Positions 1-8,267 of a stretch of DNA of 38,598 bases are shown here, one piece after another. The notes below the pieces were generated by a model. It saw only the letters and a program-made list of their open reading frames with translations. It was not told the DNA's origin and did not search any database. The stretch lies in NCBI GenBank assembly GCA_947629225.1, contig CANRCY010000001.1:1-38598 (forward strand), given 5' to 3'. Made by a program: the position numbers and the translations under genes. Source of the stretch: an uncultured Clostridia bacterium (GTDB lineage Bacteria > Bacillota > Clostridia > Christensenellales > Borkfalkiaceae). Position 1 is the first letter of the stretch; the number at the start of each line of letters is the position of its first letter.

Positions 1-105
1 TGATGCCGCTCCACCCCATGGGCGGGGCAAATATCCAATGACACAATTTTAGCACCTCTCCGCATACCTTGTAGTAGAGCCATTCAAGGCTTACGGAGGT
101 CACAA

Positions 106-765
106 ATGTCATTTTTTTCCAATTTCTCATCGGACCATTGCCCCGGCACCATCACAGGCAATCCGTTGAACGGTCTTTGCGAAAAGGTGTGCATACAGGC
201 GGAAAAAATCTTTGACGCGGGGATCATCCAAACGAGGCTCGAAAACTATCCCATCACCCTCGAAAACCCCACGCCCGCGAATCCTACATATCCGCTTACA
301 TTCATATCGGCGCGCTCCCTCGCTTCCGAGGGAACGGTGACGAATCTCACCGTGGACCAGCAAACGGACGGCCAGTGCGCCCGCGTGCAGTGCACGATCA
401 CGGTGCCCATCGAGGTCGTCTACCTCGACGCGACCGGCGCAGAGGGCAAGGCGACAAGCGAGATCGTCCTCAACGAGGATGTGCTCATGTATGTGCCGCC
501 CGCATCCGTCATGCCGTTTACGGTGACGGCGATCGCTTCCTGCGTTTCCCCCGAGGGAACGTTCAACGCCTCTACAGGCTCCTTCAACATCAGCGCCTGC
601 CTCACGCTGATCCTAAAGGTCGCCATGCAGGTGGAACTTCTCGTCCCCAGCTACGGCTATTGCGCCATCCCGCCCGCACAGGAGTACTCGCAGGAAGTCT
701 GCTCGGGCTTCTTCGAGCTGCCGCTCTATCCGCAGGGCAGGTCGTGCTGCAAAAAGAACAACTGA
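106..765 (+). CDS. hypothetical protein, 219 aa, Cys-containing, family not recognised
   Basis: The ORF has GGAGG 7 nt upstream of its ATG (acggaggtcacaaATG). A stem-loop plus T-run follows at 791-827. Codon usage is host-like. I could not recognise a named motif. Confidence 0.6.
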   Translation: MSFFSNFSSDHCPGTITGNPLNGLCEKVCIQAEKIFDAGIIQTRLENYPITLENPTPANPTYPLTFISARSLASEGTVTNLTVDQQTDGQCARVQCTITVPIEVVYLDATGAEGKATSEIVLNEDVLMYVPPASVMPFTVTAIASCVSPEGTFNASTGSFNISACLTLILKVAMQVELLVPSYGYCAIPPAQEYSQEVCSGFFELPLYPQGRSCCKKNN

Positions 766-790
766 ACAAACGGAACCGGACCAAAATGCC

Positions 791-827
791 AAGAAGCCGA
801 CTTTGGGTCGGCTTCTTCCTTTTCTTT
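791..827 (+). terminator. intrinsic terminator downstream of the 106-765 ORF
   Basis: aagaagccgac / gtcggcttctt form an 11-bp stem with a 5-nt loop, followed by ccttttctttc. Confidence 0.75.
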
Positions 828-865
828 CGGAAATGCGCTGTTTGGAATGCGGTAGGCGAGATTTG

Positions 866-908
866 AAACGCGGCGGGGGTTGCCTTTTGGGCAACCCCCG
901 CCGCGTTT
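866..908. repeat. perfect 19-bp inverted repeat (GC-rich hairpin), possibly the mnmG terminator on the - strand
   Basis: aaacgcggcgggggttgcc-tttt-gggcaacccccgccgcgttt. On the - strand it is followed by tttcaaatctc. It lies between two convergent genes. Confidence 0.5.
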
Positions 909-924
909 GAAAACGGGGGACAGG

Positions 925-1012
925 TCCCACCCCCTTGATCCCCCTCCGATGGAGGGGGTAAAATTAGGGATCCCCGCCTGACGCCTGCGGCGTCGCCCCC
1001 TCAGGAAGGGGC
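925..1012. repeat. cluster of GC-rich mini-hairpin repeat modules
   Basis: ccccctccgatggaggggg, ctgacgcctgcggcgtc and gccccctcaggaaggggc are present. The same modules recur in a different order at 28225-28310 (ccgcctgacggcgg..., gcccccttcaaagggggcagctc, ccccgatggagggggg). Confidence 0.7.
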
Positions 1013-1015
1013 AGA

Positions 1016-3061
1016 TCACTTTTTCAAACTCAGATAGATCATGAGGACGGAGATGTCGGCGGGGGAGACCCCCGAGATGCGCTCCGCCTGTCCCAAATTC
1101 AAGGGGCGGACGCGGTTGAGCTTCTCGCGCGCTTCGAGGCGCAGCCCCCCGATCTGTTCATAATCGAGATCGGGCGGGAGGGGCTTTTCCTCCATTTTTT
1201 TCGCCTTCTCCATCTCCTTTTCGCTCGCCTTCAAGTAGCCCTCGTACTTGATCTCCGTTTCGGCGGAGAGAAGAATGTCGTAGGGGACGGAAGAGAGGGG
1301 GAAAGGAAGAGATTTCTCGGCTGCGCCTACGGCTCCGCTCGAAATGACAGAAGGGTGAGCGTTCGTTTCGGGAGAAATGACAGAAGAGTGAGCGTTCGCT
1401 TCGGGTGAAGGATTGGGGGATGACACCCTTTCTCCCGCTTCGTGAGGAACGGCGAGGGCGGGGAACGTATTGCAAATTTCGCGGATGGAAATGCCGCGGC
1501 GGATGAGGTCGCTGTATGTCACGCCCGCGGTGAGCGGCGGGAATCCGTGCCGCTGTACGAGCGCGTCCGCCGTTTTCGTGTCTGCACGCGTGTTCAAAAG
1601 CGCAAGCGTTTCCCCGCGCAGCTTTTTCCGCGCCAAAAACCGCCGATAACGCCTTGTATCCACCAGACCGCATGCGCGCCCGATCTCGGTCAGACGCATG
1701 TCGGCGTTGTCCTGCCGCAGCGTCAGGCGGAATTCCGCGCGCGAAGTCATCATGCGGTATGGCTCGTCCGTGCCCTTCGTCACCAGATCGTCGATGAGCA
1801 CCCCGATGTACGCCTGATCGCGGCGCAGAATGAGCGGCGGTTTGCCGCGGAGCTTCAAAGAGGCGTTGAGGCCCGCCATCAGCCCCTGCGCGGCCGCCTC
1901 CTCATAGCCGCTCGTGCCGTTGATCTGCCCCGCCGTATACAGCCCTTCTACCGCTTTGGATTCAAGGGTGGGAAGAACGTCAAGGGTGTCGATGCAGTCG
2001 TATTCGATCGCGTAAGCGTAGCGCACGATCTCGCAATGTTCCAGCCCCTCGACCGTGCGGTACATCTCCTTTTGCAGGTCGTGGGGGAGAGAGGTCGACA
2101 GCCCCTGCACATACACTTCCGTCGTGTCCGCGCCCTCGGGTTCGAGAAAGAGCTGGTGCCGCTCCTTGTCGCGGAAGCGCACCACCTTGGTTTCGATGGA
2201 GGGACAGTAGCGCGGCCCCGTGGAGGAGATCTGCCCGTTGTAGAGGGGGGCGCGGCTAAGATTGCTTAAAATGAGCGCATGTGTGTGTTCGTTGGTATAG
2301 GCAAGATAGCAGGGCGTTTGCGCCTTGGGTGCATGGCGGTGCAGGAAAGAGAAGGGGTATACGTCCTCGCCGTCCTGCTTCTCCAGCTTGCCGAAGTCGA
2401 CGGTCCTGCCGTCGATGCGGGCGGGCGTGCCCGTCTTGAAGCGGCGCACTTTATAGCCGAGCGAGAGGAGCGATTTTGTAAGACGGGTCGCATTTTGGAA
2501 GCCGTTGGGGCCGCTCGCGGTGACGAGTTCGCCCGTGATCGTGTCCGAATTGAGATACACGCCCGTCGCCACGACGACGGCGCGGCACCGAAAAACGCCG
2601 CCGTAAGTTGTCTTGACGGCGGAAACGCGCGGACGGCTCTCCCGCTCTCCGCAGGGCGCCGGCTCGGTCAAAATTTCGGCGGCCTCCGCCTGTACGATGC
2701 GCAGATTTTTGGTTTGTTCGAGCACCTGCTTCATGCGGCGGTGGTATTTGTTTTTGTCCACCTGTGCGCGGAGGGACTGCACCGCAGCGCCCTTGCCCGC
2801 GTTCAGCATCCGCACTTGCAGGGCGCATTCGTCCGCCGTGACGCCCATTTGTCCGCCGAGCGCGTCGATCTCGCGCACCAAATGCCCCTTCGCCGTTCCG
2901 CCGACGGAGGGGTTGCAGGGCATGAAGCCGATACTGTCTAAATTGAGGGTCATGAGCACCGTCGAAAGTCCCGTGCGGGCGAGCGCGAGAGCGGCTTCCG
3001 CCCCCGCATGCCCCGCGCCGATGACGACGGCGTCGCAGACCGATTCGAGGAATTCTTTCAT
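1016..3061 (-). CDS. mnmG: tRNA uridine 5-carboxymethylaminomethyl modification enzyme MnmG (GidA), 681 aa
   Basis: The N-terminus MKEFLESVCDAVVIGAGHAGAEAALA carries the FAD GxGxxG motif. The C-terminal EIKYEGY and GQAERISGVSPADISVL motifs are present. I moved the start from the ORF-track position 3262 to the ATG at 3061..3059, because the upstream 67 codons are read-through of the 44-bp repeat array. Confidence 0.93.
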   Translation of the reverse strand: MKEFLESVCDAVVIGAGHAGAEAALALARTGLSTVLMTLNLDSIGFMPCNPSVGGTAKGHLVREIDALGGQMGVTADECALQVRMLNAGKGAAVQSLRAQVDKNKYHRRMKQVLEQTKNLRIVQAEAAEILTEPAPCGERESRPRVSAVKTTYGGVFRCRAVVVATGVYLNSDTITGELVTASGPNGFQNATRLTKSLLSLGYKVRRFKTGTPARIDGRTVDFGKLEKQDGEDVYPFSFLHRHAPKAQTPCYLAYTNEHTHALILSNLSRAPLYNGQISSTGPRYCPSIETKVVRFRDKERHQLFLEPEGADTTEVYVQGLSTSLPHDLQKEMYRTVEGLEHCEIVRYAYAIEYDCIDTLDVLPTLESKAVEGLYTAGQINGTSGYEEAAAQGLMAGLNASLKLRGKPPLILRRDQAYIGVLIDDLVTKGTDEPYRMMTSRAEFRLTLRQDNADMRLTEIGRACGLVDTRRYRRFLARKKLRGETLALLNTRADTKTADALVQRHGFPPLTAGVTYSDLIRRGISIREICNTFPALAVPHEAGERVSSPNPSPEANAHSSVISPETNAHPSVISSGAVGAAEKSLPFPLSSVPYDILLSAETEIKYEGYLKASEKEMEKAKKMEEKPLPPDLDYEQIGGLRLEAREKLNRVRPLNLGQAERISGVSPADISVLMIYLSLKK
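1309..1406. repeat. copy of the interspersed hairpin element plus a 2 x 33-bp tandem duplication, inside the mnmG coding sequence
   Basis: gagatttctcgg-ctgcgcctacggctccg-ctcgaaatgaca (1309-1350) has the same arms as the 44-bp array unit. It is followed by gaaatgacagaagggtgagcgttcgtttcggga and gaaatgacagaagagtgagcgttcgcttcgggt (1341-1373 and 1374-1406). Confidence 0.8.
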
Positions 3062-3281
3062 AAATAAGGTAGAGATTTCTCGGCAAGCTCGAAATGACAT
3101 TTGGGAAATAAGGTAGAGATTTCTCGGCAAGCTCGAAATGACATTTGGGAAATAAGGTGGAGATTTCTCGGCAAGCTCGAAATGACATTTGGGGGATAAG
3201 GTGGAGATTTCTCGGCAAGCTCGAAATGACACTTGGGAAATAAGGTAGAGATTTCTCGGCAAGCTCGAAATGACACTTGGG
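3062..3281. repeat. tandem array of five head-to-tail copies of a 44-bp unit
   Basis: The unit aaataaggtagagatttctcggcaagctcgaaatgacatttggg starts at 3062, 3106, 3150, 3194 and 3238. It carries a few point variants (gtagag/gtggag, gacattt/gacactt). There are no spacers between units. The array abuts the mnmG start codon. Confidence 0.95.
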
Positions 3282-3316
3282 AAAGGAGGGGGCGAAAAAG
3301 GTCCCCCCTTCCCTAC

Positions 3317-3342
3317 CCTCCCCCCAACAAGTTGGGGGGAGG
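3317..3342 (-). terminator. GC-rich hairpin just downstream of the dnaA stop (candidate terminator)
   Basis: cctccccccaac-aa-gttggggggagg is a perfect 12-bp stem lying 11 nt past the dnaA stop. A T5 run on the - strand comes only after a further G-rich stretch, so the call is weak. Confidence 0.45.
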
Positions 3343-3352
3343 CAAGAAATCG

Positions 3353-4702
3353 TTACTGCTTTAAGACGGAGCTCTTGATGTCGGTCACGCCTTTGGAGAT
3401 CGCATCGTTCACCCGCATGAGATCGGCAATTTTATCCCGCGCATAGATGATCGTCGCGTGGTCTCTGCCGCCCATGATCTTGCCGATCGAGACGAGGGGG
3501 AGCGCAAGCATATTGCACAAGAGATAGATGCACACCTGCCGCGCCCGCACGAGCTCCTGCCGCTTGCTTTTGCCGATAAGGTCGCTCTTCGTCACCGAAT
3601 AGTAGGCGCAGGTCGCCTTGATGATCGCGTCGGGCGTGATCTCTTCCTGTTCCTCTGCGCTTCCGATGCTCTCTTGCAAAGCGGTCGCCGCGAGTTTTAA
3701 GGAGATCGGCTCCTCGTGCAGTTTGCTCGCGAAGATGACCGTGTTCAGCCGCCCTTCGAGGGTGCGCACGTTGTTGTCCGAATTTTTCACCAAAAAGGCG
3801 AGCACGTCGTCGGGGACGATGTACTTCTTTTCGAGCGCTTTGCGCTTTAAGATCGCGATCTTCGTCTCCAGATCGGGCGGCTGGATGTCCGCGATGAGCC
3901 CGCCTTCGAACCGCGTGCGGAGCCGCTCTTCGAGAGTCGTGAGCTCCTTCGCGGGGCAGTCGGACGAGATAACGATCTGTTTGTGCTGGGAGAAGAGCTC
4001 GTTAAAGGTATGGAAGAACGCCTCCTGCACGCCGTATTTCCCCGCCCAGAATTGGATATCGTCGATGATGAGCACGTCGACGTTGCGGTAGCGGTTGCGG
4101 AAACGGAGCTCGTTATCGGTGCCCGCGGACTTTTTGGCGTACATGCTGTCGACATATTCGTTGAGGAACTTCTCGCTCGTCGTATAGATGACTTTGAGCG
4201 AGGGTTTTTTCTTGGCGATCTCGTTGGCGATCGCCTGCATGAGGTGGGTCTTCCCGAGACCCGTGCCGCCGTAAATATACAGGGGGTTGAAGTTTTCCCC
4301 CGGGGCGTCGGCGACCGACTTTGCCGCCGCATACACGAATTTGTTCGAAGGTCCCACCACATAGGAGTCGAAGGTATAGCGCTTGTCGAGGGCGACCGTC
4401 GTCTCTTCGTAGGCGTCGGGCATTTCGTCGAGCGTGTAGACGTCGCTCCCGTCCACGACGATGACGACCCCGACGATCCCCACGTCCGCCGACTGCGCCG
4501 CTTCGTGCAACTGTTCGAGATGGTGTTGCGTCACCGTTTTGGCGACGACTTCCGTGCTCGCTTTGAGTACGATCTTCTTGTTGACGACGTCTACGGGGAC
4601 GAGGTCCTCGATAAACGAACTGAAAGAGATGGTGCTGATGAGCTTTTCCGCTCTCTCTTTGATCCTGCTCCACAGAAATTCGAGTTGGGTGTTTTCTGCC
4701 AT
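3353..4702 (-). CDS. dnaA: chromosomal replication initiator protein DnaA, 449 aa
   Basis: It has Walker A GGTGLGKTHL, Walker B LIIDDIQF and a C-terminal DNA-binding region ending ...GGRDHATIIYARDKI. GAGAGGG lies 4 nt upstream of the ATG. Confidence 0.96.
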   Translation of the reverse strand: MAENTQLEFLWSRIKERAEKLISTISFSSFIEDLVPVDVVNKKIVLKASTEVVAKTVTQHHLEQLHEAAQSADVGIVGVVIVVDGSDVYTLDEMPDAYEETTVALDKRYTFDSYVVGPSNKFVYAAAKSVADAPGENFNPLYIYGGTGLGKTHLMQAIANEIAKKKPSLKVIYTTSEKFLNEYVDSMYAKKSAGTDNELRFRNRYRNVDVLIIDDIQFWAGKYGVQEAFFHTFNELFSQHKQIVISSDCPAKELTTLEERLRTRFEGGLIADIQPPDLETKIAILKRKALEKKYIVPDDVLAFLVKNSDNNVRTLEGRLNTVIFASKLHEEPISLKLAATALQESIGSAEEQEEITPDAIIKATCAYYSVTKSDLIGKSKRQELVRARQVCIYLLCNMLALPLVSIGKIMGGRDHATIIYARDKIADLMRVNDAISKGVTDIKSSVLKQ

Positions 4703-4856
4703 TTTTCCCTCTCAAACGCTTTGTTTTTAACGATTTTTTTGCTATAATGGGGTTGCGGAAAGCATGCGGCGCGCCGCGGGGCATTTTTCCGAACGGGACT
4801 TTTCTAAATTATAATATAAAATCGCGCAAAAAGAAAGTGTTTTTCGGGCAAATCCG
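4703..4856. promoter_or_regulatory. AT-rich divergent dnaA/recF intergenic region with candidate -10 elements
   Basis: TGCTATAAT (an extended -10, + strand) lies at 4740-4748. attataat at 4808-4815 reads TATAAT on both strands. The region is clearly less GC-rich than its flanks. I saw no TTATCCACA-like box. Confidence 0.4.
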
Positions 4857-5942
4857 ATGAGAATCAAAAAATTGAGCCTGCACAATTTCAGAAACTACGA
4901 GGAGGAGACCTTCGAATTCGGGGAGGGGGTCAATGTCCTCGTGGGGAAAAACGCGCAAGGCAAGACAAACTGCGCCGAGGCGGTGTTCTACCTCTGCACG
5001 GGCGCATCCCTGCGCATCAGGCACGACAAACAGCTCATCCGCAAGGGGGAAAGCTGCGCCCGCCTCTCCGCCGAAACGGAGTGCCGCTACGGCAAGATCT
5101 TGCTCGAAGCGGAGATCTTCGAAAACAGGCGGGAGCTCCGCCTCAACGGGGCGAAGGTCGCGCGCGCCGTCGATTTCCTCGGCAATATGAAGAGCGTCTT
5201 CTTCTCGCCCGGGGAACTGAGGATCGTGCAGGACGGTCCCGACGAGCGGCGGCGGTTCCTCAATCTCTCCATTTCCCAGACTTCCAAGAGCTATGCCTCG
5301 GCGCTTTTGAGATACAACAAAATCCTCGACCAGAGGAACAATCTGCTCAAAGAAAAGGACCTCTCCGTCGTCTTCGAGACCTTGCCCGTATGGGACGAAC
5401 AGCTCGCGCGGTATGCCGCGGTGATCATCCGTCACAGAAGGGAATATCTTGCGCAGCTCTCTTCCCTTGCCGCGGACGCACACGCCTTTTTGACGGACGG
5501 GGCGGAAAAACTCGCGCTCGGCTTCGACGGGAACTATCCCGAAGAGGAAGAGGGGATCGCCCGCGCGCTGCAACGGGAGCTCGGCAACGCCTATGAGCGG
5601 GACGTGCGCCTCGGATATACCACGGTCGGACCCCACCGCGACGACATCCGCATTTCCATCGACGGAAGCGACGCGCGCGGCTATGCCTCGCAGGGACAGA
5701 CGAGGACGGCGGCGCTCTCGATGAAACTCGCCGAACTCGAGATCTTCAAACAGCTCTCGGGGGAGCCGCCCGTGCTCATTCTCGACGACGTGATGAGCGA
5801 GCTCGACCTGCCGCGGCGCAAAAAACTGCTTGCGCGCACGGAAGGGGTGCAGTGCATTCTCACCTGCACGCATGCAGAACGGGTGCTCTACGGGAAAGAG
5901 TGCAACAAAATCAAGATCAGCGGGGGGAAGATCGTCGTATGA
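4857..5942 (+). CDS. recF: DNA replication and repair protein RecF, 361 aa
   Basis: MRIKKLSLHNFRNY...VGKNAQGKTN carries the P-loop. The C-terminal region contains LILDDVMSELD. Confidence 0.93.
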   Translation: MRIKKLSLHNFRNYEEETFEFGEGVNVLVGKNAQGKTNCAEAVFYLCTGASLRIRHDKQLIRKGESCARLSAETECRYGKILLEAEIFENRRELRLNGAKVARAVDFLGNMKSVFFSPGELRIVQDGPDERRRFLNLSISQTSKSYASALLRYNKILDQRNNLLKEKDLSVVFETLPVWDEQLARYAAVIIRHRREYLAQLSSLAADAHAFLTDGAEKLALGFDGNYPEEEEGIARALQRELGNAYERDVRLGYTTVGPHRDDIRISIDGSDARGYASQGQTRTAALSMKLAELEIFKQLSGEPPVLILDDVMSELDLPRRKKLLARTEGVQCILTCTHAERVLYGKECNKIKISGGKIVV

Positions 5943-6841
5943 GAGCCGACCTGCACCTTCATACCCTCTGTTCGGACGGGGCGTTCTCTCCCGCCGAGAT
6001 CGCCCGCAGGTGCAAATCCGCGGGCGTGGAGCTCTTTTCCATCACCGACCACGACAATATGAGCGGGCTTGCGGAGGGGGCGGAAGCCGCGAAAGCGCTC
6101 GGGCTTCGCTTTGTGCGGGGGATCGAGATCTCCGCCTATCTCGGGGCGACCAAGGTGCACGTCCTCGGCTACGGCTGCGGGGAGGGAGAGGCGTACTTTA
6201 ACTTTTTGAAAGAGCGGAGAGAGGGAGCCCGTATCCGCGCGGAGGACGCGTTGAAAAAGGCGAACGCCGCCCTTTCCCTCTCCGTCACCATGGAGGACGT
6301 GGAGCTGTTCCATGTCAAAAAGGAAGCGCCCATTCATACCATGCACGTCGTGAGCGCCTTTGCAGACCGCCTCTCGGCGGACAAGGGGGAGCTGTATTCC
6401 GCCCTGTTTGCGCCGTTCGCGCCCGCCTATTCCGACCTCTGCCGCCCTCTGCCCGCGGACGCGGTGCGCCTCGTGCACGAAATGGGGGGAATTGCCGTGC
6501 TCGCACACCCCGCCCAAATCCTCGTTCTGCCCGCGGAGCTTTCCGCGCGCTTCCGCCTGCTCTCCCCAAAGGAACGGGAAGAGGCAAAGCAAACCTTCCG
6601 CGGAGCGCGGGACGCGCTCATCCGAGAGCTCGTCTCCGCGGGATTGGACGGCATAGAATGCTATCATTCGACGCATACTTTAAGCGAAACGGAGGAATTT
6701 CTCGCGTTTGCAAGGGCGCGCGGACTGCTTGTGACGGGCGGTTCGGATTTTCATTCGGACGGCAGCCCGAGAAAGATCGGTCTCCCCGCCTTCGATACGG
6801 CGGACGCGGGGGCGTTCCTTTCTCTAAAAGGAAGCGTATGA
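5939..6841 (+). CDS. PHP-domain metal-dependent phosphoesterase (TrpH/YciV-like), 300 aa
   Basis: MRADLHLHTLCSDG...ITDHDNMSG is the PHP His/Asp motif. The ATG at 5939 overlaps the recF stop (ATGA). The ORF-track start at 5852 lies inside recF. Confidence 0.85.
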   Translation: MRADLHLHTLCSDGAFSPAEIARRCKSAGVELFSITDHDNMSGLAEGAEAAKALGLRFVRGIEISAYLGATKVHVLGYGCGEGEAYFNFLKERREGARIRAEDALKKANAALSLSVTMEDVELFHVKKEAPIHTMHVVSAFADRLSADKGELYSALFAPFAPAYSDLCRPLPADAVRLVHEMGGIAVLAHPAQILVLPAELSARFRLLSPKEREEAKQTFRGARDALIRELVSAGLDGIECYHSTHTLSETEEFLAFARARGLLVTGGSDFHSDGSPRKIGLPAFDTADAGAFLSLKGSV

Positions 6842-8142
6842 AACAACAAACGGCGGCGCTCCTCCTTGCGGGGAGCTTTTTTTTCGGCTTCGGCAAAGTC
6901 AAACAGGGGGTCACGATCGGCGGGGTAGAGGTCGGCGGAATGTCCTATGCCGAGGCGGAAAACGCAATACGGATGCGGTTTTACCGCGATCTGCCCCCCG
7001 TGATCGTGCATGCGCCCTCGGGGGACCTCGTGCTCAAAGAGGAGCTCTGCGTGCAAGACAACGTCGCGCGGCTCGTGCGGCGGGCGAAGAAGGGGGAGAC
7101 GCTCGGCGTTTCGTACACGAGGGAGTGGGCGGACGCGGAGGAGACCCTCTTTGCGCTCTGCGAGAAAAACGCGCGGGAGGCAAAGGATGCGGAGCTTTCC
7201 TTCTCGGCGGAGGGATTTCGCTATACGGGTGAGGTTTTCGGCGTGACGTGCGACTATGAGGGGCTCCTTTCGGACGTGAGGGGAGCGCTCCGCGGCGGGG
7301 GAGAGGTCACCCTCCGCACGCGGGAATACGCGCCCGCCGTCACCGAAGAGATGTTGCGCGCGCGCACGCGGGAACTCTCCTCTTTCCGTACTTATTTCGA
7401 CGGTTCCAACCTTCCGCGCAGGCACAACATCGCCCTCGCGGCTTCCCGTATTGCGGGGACCGTCCTTCCGCCCAAGGGGGAATTTTCCTTCAACGCCGCC
7501 GTGGGAAAGCGCACCGAGGAGAACGGGTTCCTCGTCGCGGCGGTCATCTTCGAGGGGGAATTCGTCCCCGGAGTGGGCGGGGGCGTGTGCCAGACGAGCA
7601 CCACCCTCTTCGGCGCGGCGCTCCGCGCGGGCATGGAAATTTCCGAGAGCCGCGCACATTCCCTCTCCGTGGGCTATGTTCCGCCCTCGCAGGACGCGAT
7701 GGTCTCGGAGACGAGCGACCTGAAATTCGTCAACCCGTATGACTTTCCCGTGTATGTGCTCGCCGAAACAGACAAGGGGAGCGTCTGTTTCCGCTTTTTC
7801 GGTATGCCCGACGGGAAGAAGTACGAGGTGGAGAGCCGCGTGCTCGGGCACATCGCTCCCCCGCCGCCCGAGGAGGAAGAGGGGGACGAGGACGCCATTC
7901 TTCGCGCCGAAAAGGAGGGGCTCGAAAGCGAGAGCTATCTTATTGTCCGCGGGGCGGACGGGTCGCTCCTTTCCCGCAGACGGATCCGCAAGGACCGTTA
8001 CGCCCCCGTCAGGGGAAAAGTGCGCGTAAAGAGGGCGGAAGAGCCTCTTTTTCCGCCCTGCGGGGAAGAAGAAGGGGCGGAGAGCAGAGCCGAAGGGGAA
8101 GAGTTTTCGAAAAAAAACGAAAAAGAGGGGAAAATCGATTGA
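6838..8142 (+). CDS. VanW-like domain protein with an N-terminal membrane anchor, 434 aa
   Basis: The start is MKQQTAALLLAGSFFFGFG. The VanW core is RHNIALAASRIAGTVLPPKGEFSFN...GGGVCQTSTTLFGAALRAGMEI...QDAMV. The ATG overlaps the preceding stop (ATGA). The C-terminus is an acidic, low-complexity tail. Confidence 0.85.
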   Translation: MKQQTAALLLAGSFFFGFGKVKQGVTIGGVEVGGMSYAEAENAIRMRFYRDLPPVIVHAPSGDLVLKEELCVQDNVARLVRRAKKGETLGVSYTREWADAEETLFALCEKNAREAKDAELSFSAEGFRYTGEVFGVTCDYEGLLSDVRGALRGGGEVTLRTREYAPAVTEEMLRARTRELSSFRTYFDGSNLPRRHNIALAASRIAGTVLPPKGEFSFNAAVGKRTEENGFLVAAVIFEGEFVPGVGGGVCQTSTTLFGAALRAGMEISESRAHSLSVGYVPPSQDAMVSETSDLKFVNPYDFPVYVLAETDKGSVCFRFFGMPDGKKYEVESRVLGHIAPPPPEEEEGDEDAILRAEKEGLESESYLIVRGADGSLLSRRRIRKDRYAPVRGKVRVKRAEEPLFPPCGEEEGAESRAEGEEFSKKNEKEGKID

Positions 8143-8167
8143 TTTTTTCTTTTTTCTCCGCTATAAT
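8139..8167 (+). promoter_or_regulatory. sigma-70 type promoter upstream of rplS
   Basis: TTGATT, a 17-nt spacer, then TATAAT. This leaves a leader of about 95 nt before rplS. Confidence 0.6.
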
Positions 8168-8267
8168 ATCCAAGTGACTTTGGACGTTCCTCTGCCGCAG
8201 CACCCCATGAGGAAGCGCAAAACCAAAAACGGGAATGAACGTCTTTTCGAAAACGGAGGTAAAGTCA

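Noticed and set aside
3062-3262. The 67-codon N-terminal extension of mnmG given by the ORF track (start at 3262), and the ORFs 2451..3218(-) and 3058..3276(-).
   Set aside because: They are translations of the tandem array, read in a different frame in each unit because 44 is not a multiple of 3. MnmG homology begins at MKEFLESVCDAVVIGAGHAG.
3062-3281. The 44-bp repeat array as a CRISPR array.
   Set aside because: The units are directly abutting with no unique spacers. No cas genes or leader are present. The unit belongs to the interspersed hairpin family.
3062-3352. DnaA boxes or an iteron-type oriC in the array.
   Set aside because: The best 9-mer I found (gggggataa, in unit 4) has 2 mismatches to TGTGGATAA and occurs in only one unit. 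The other units are worse. It is kept only as a speculative note in the findings.
8168-8267. An L19 (rplS) autoregulatory leader RNA.
   Set aside because: The position is right, between the promoter and rplS. I cannot recall the family consensus well enough to confirm it from sequence, so I leave it uncalled. cmsearch with the Rfam L19 leader model would decide it.
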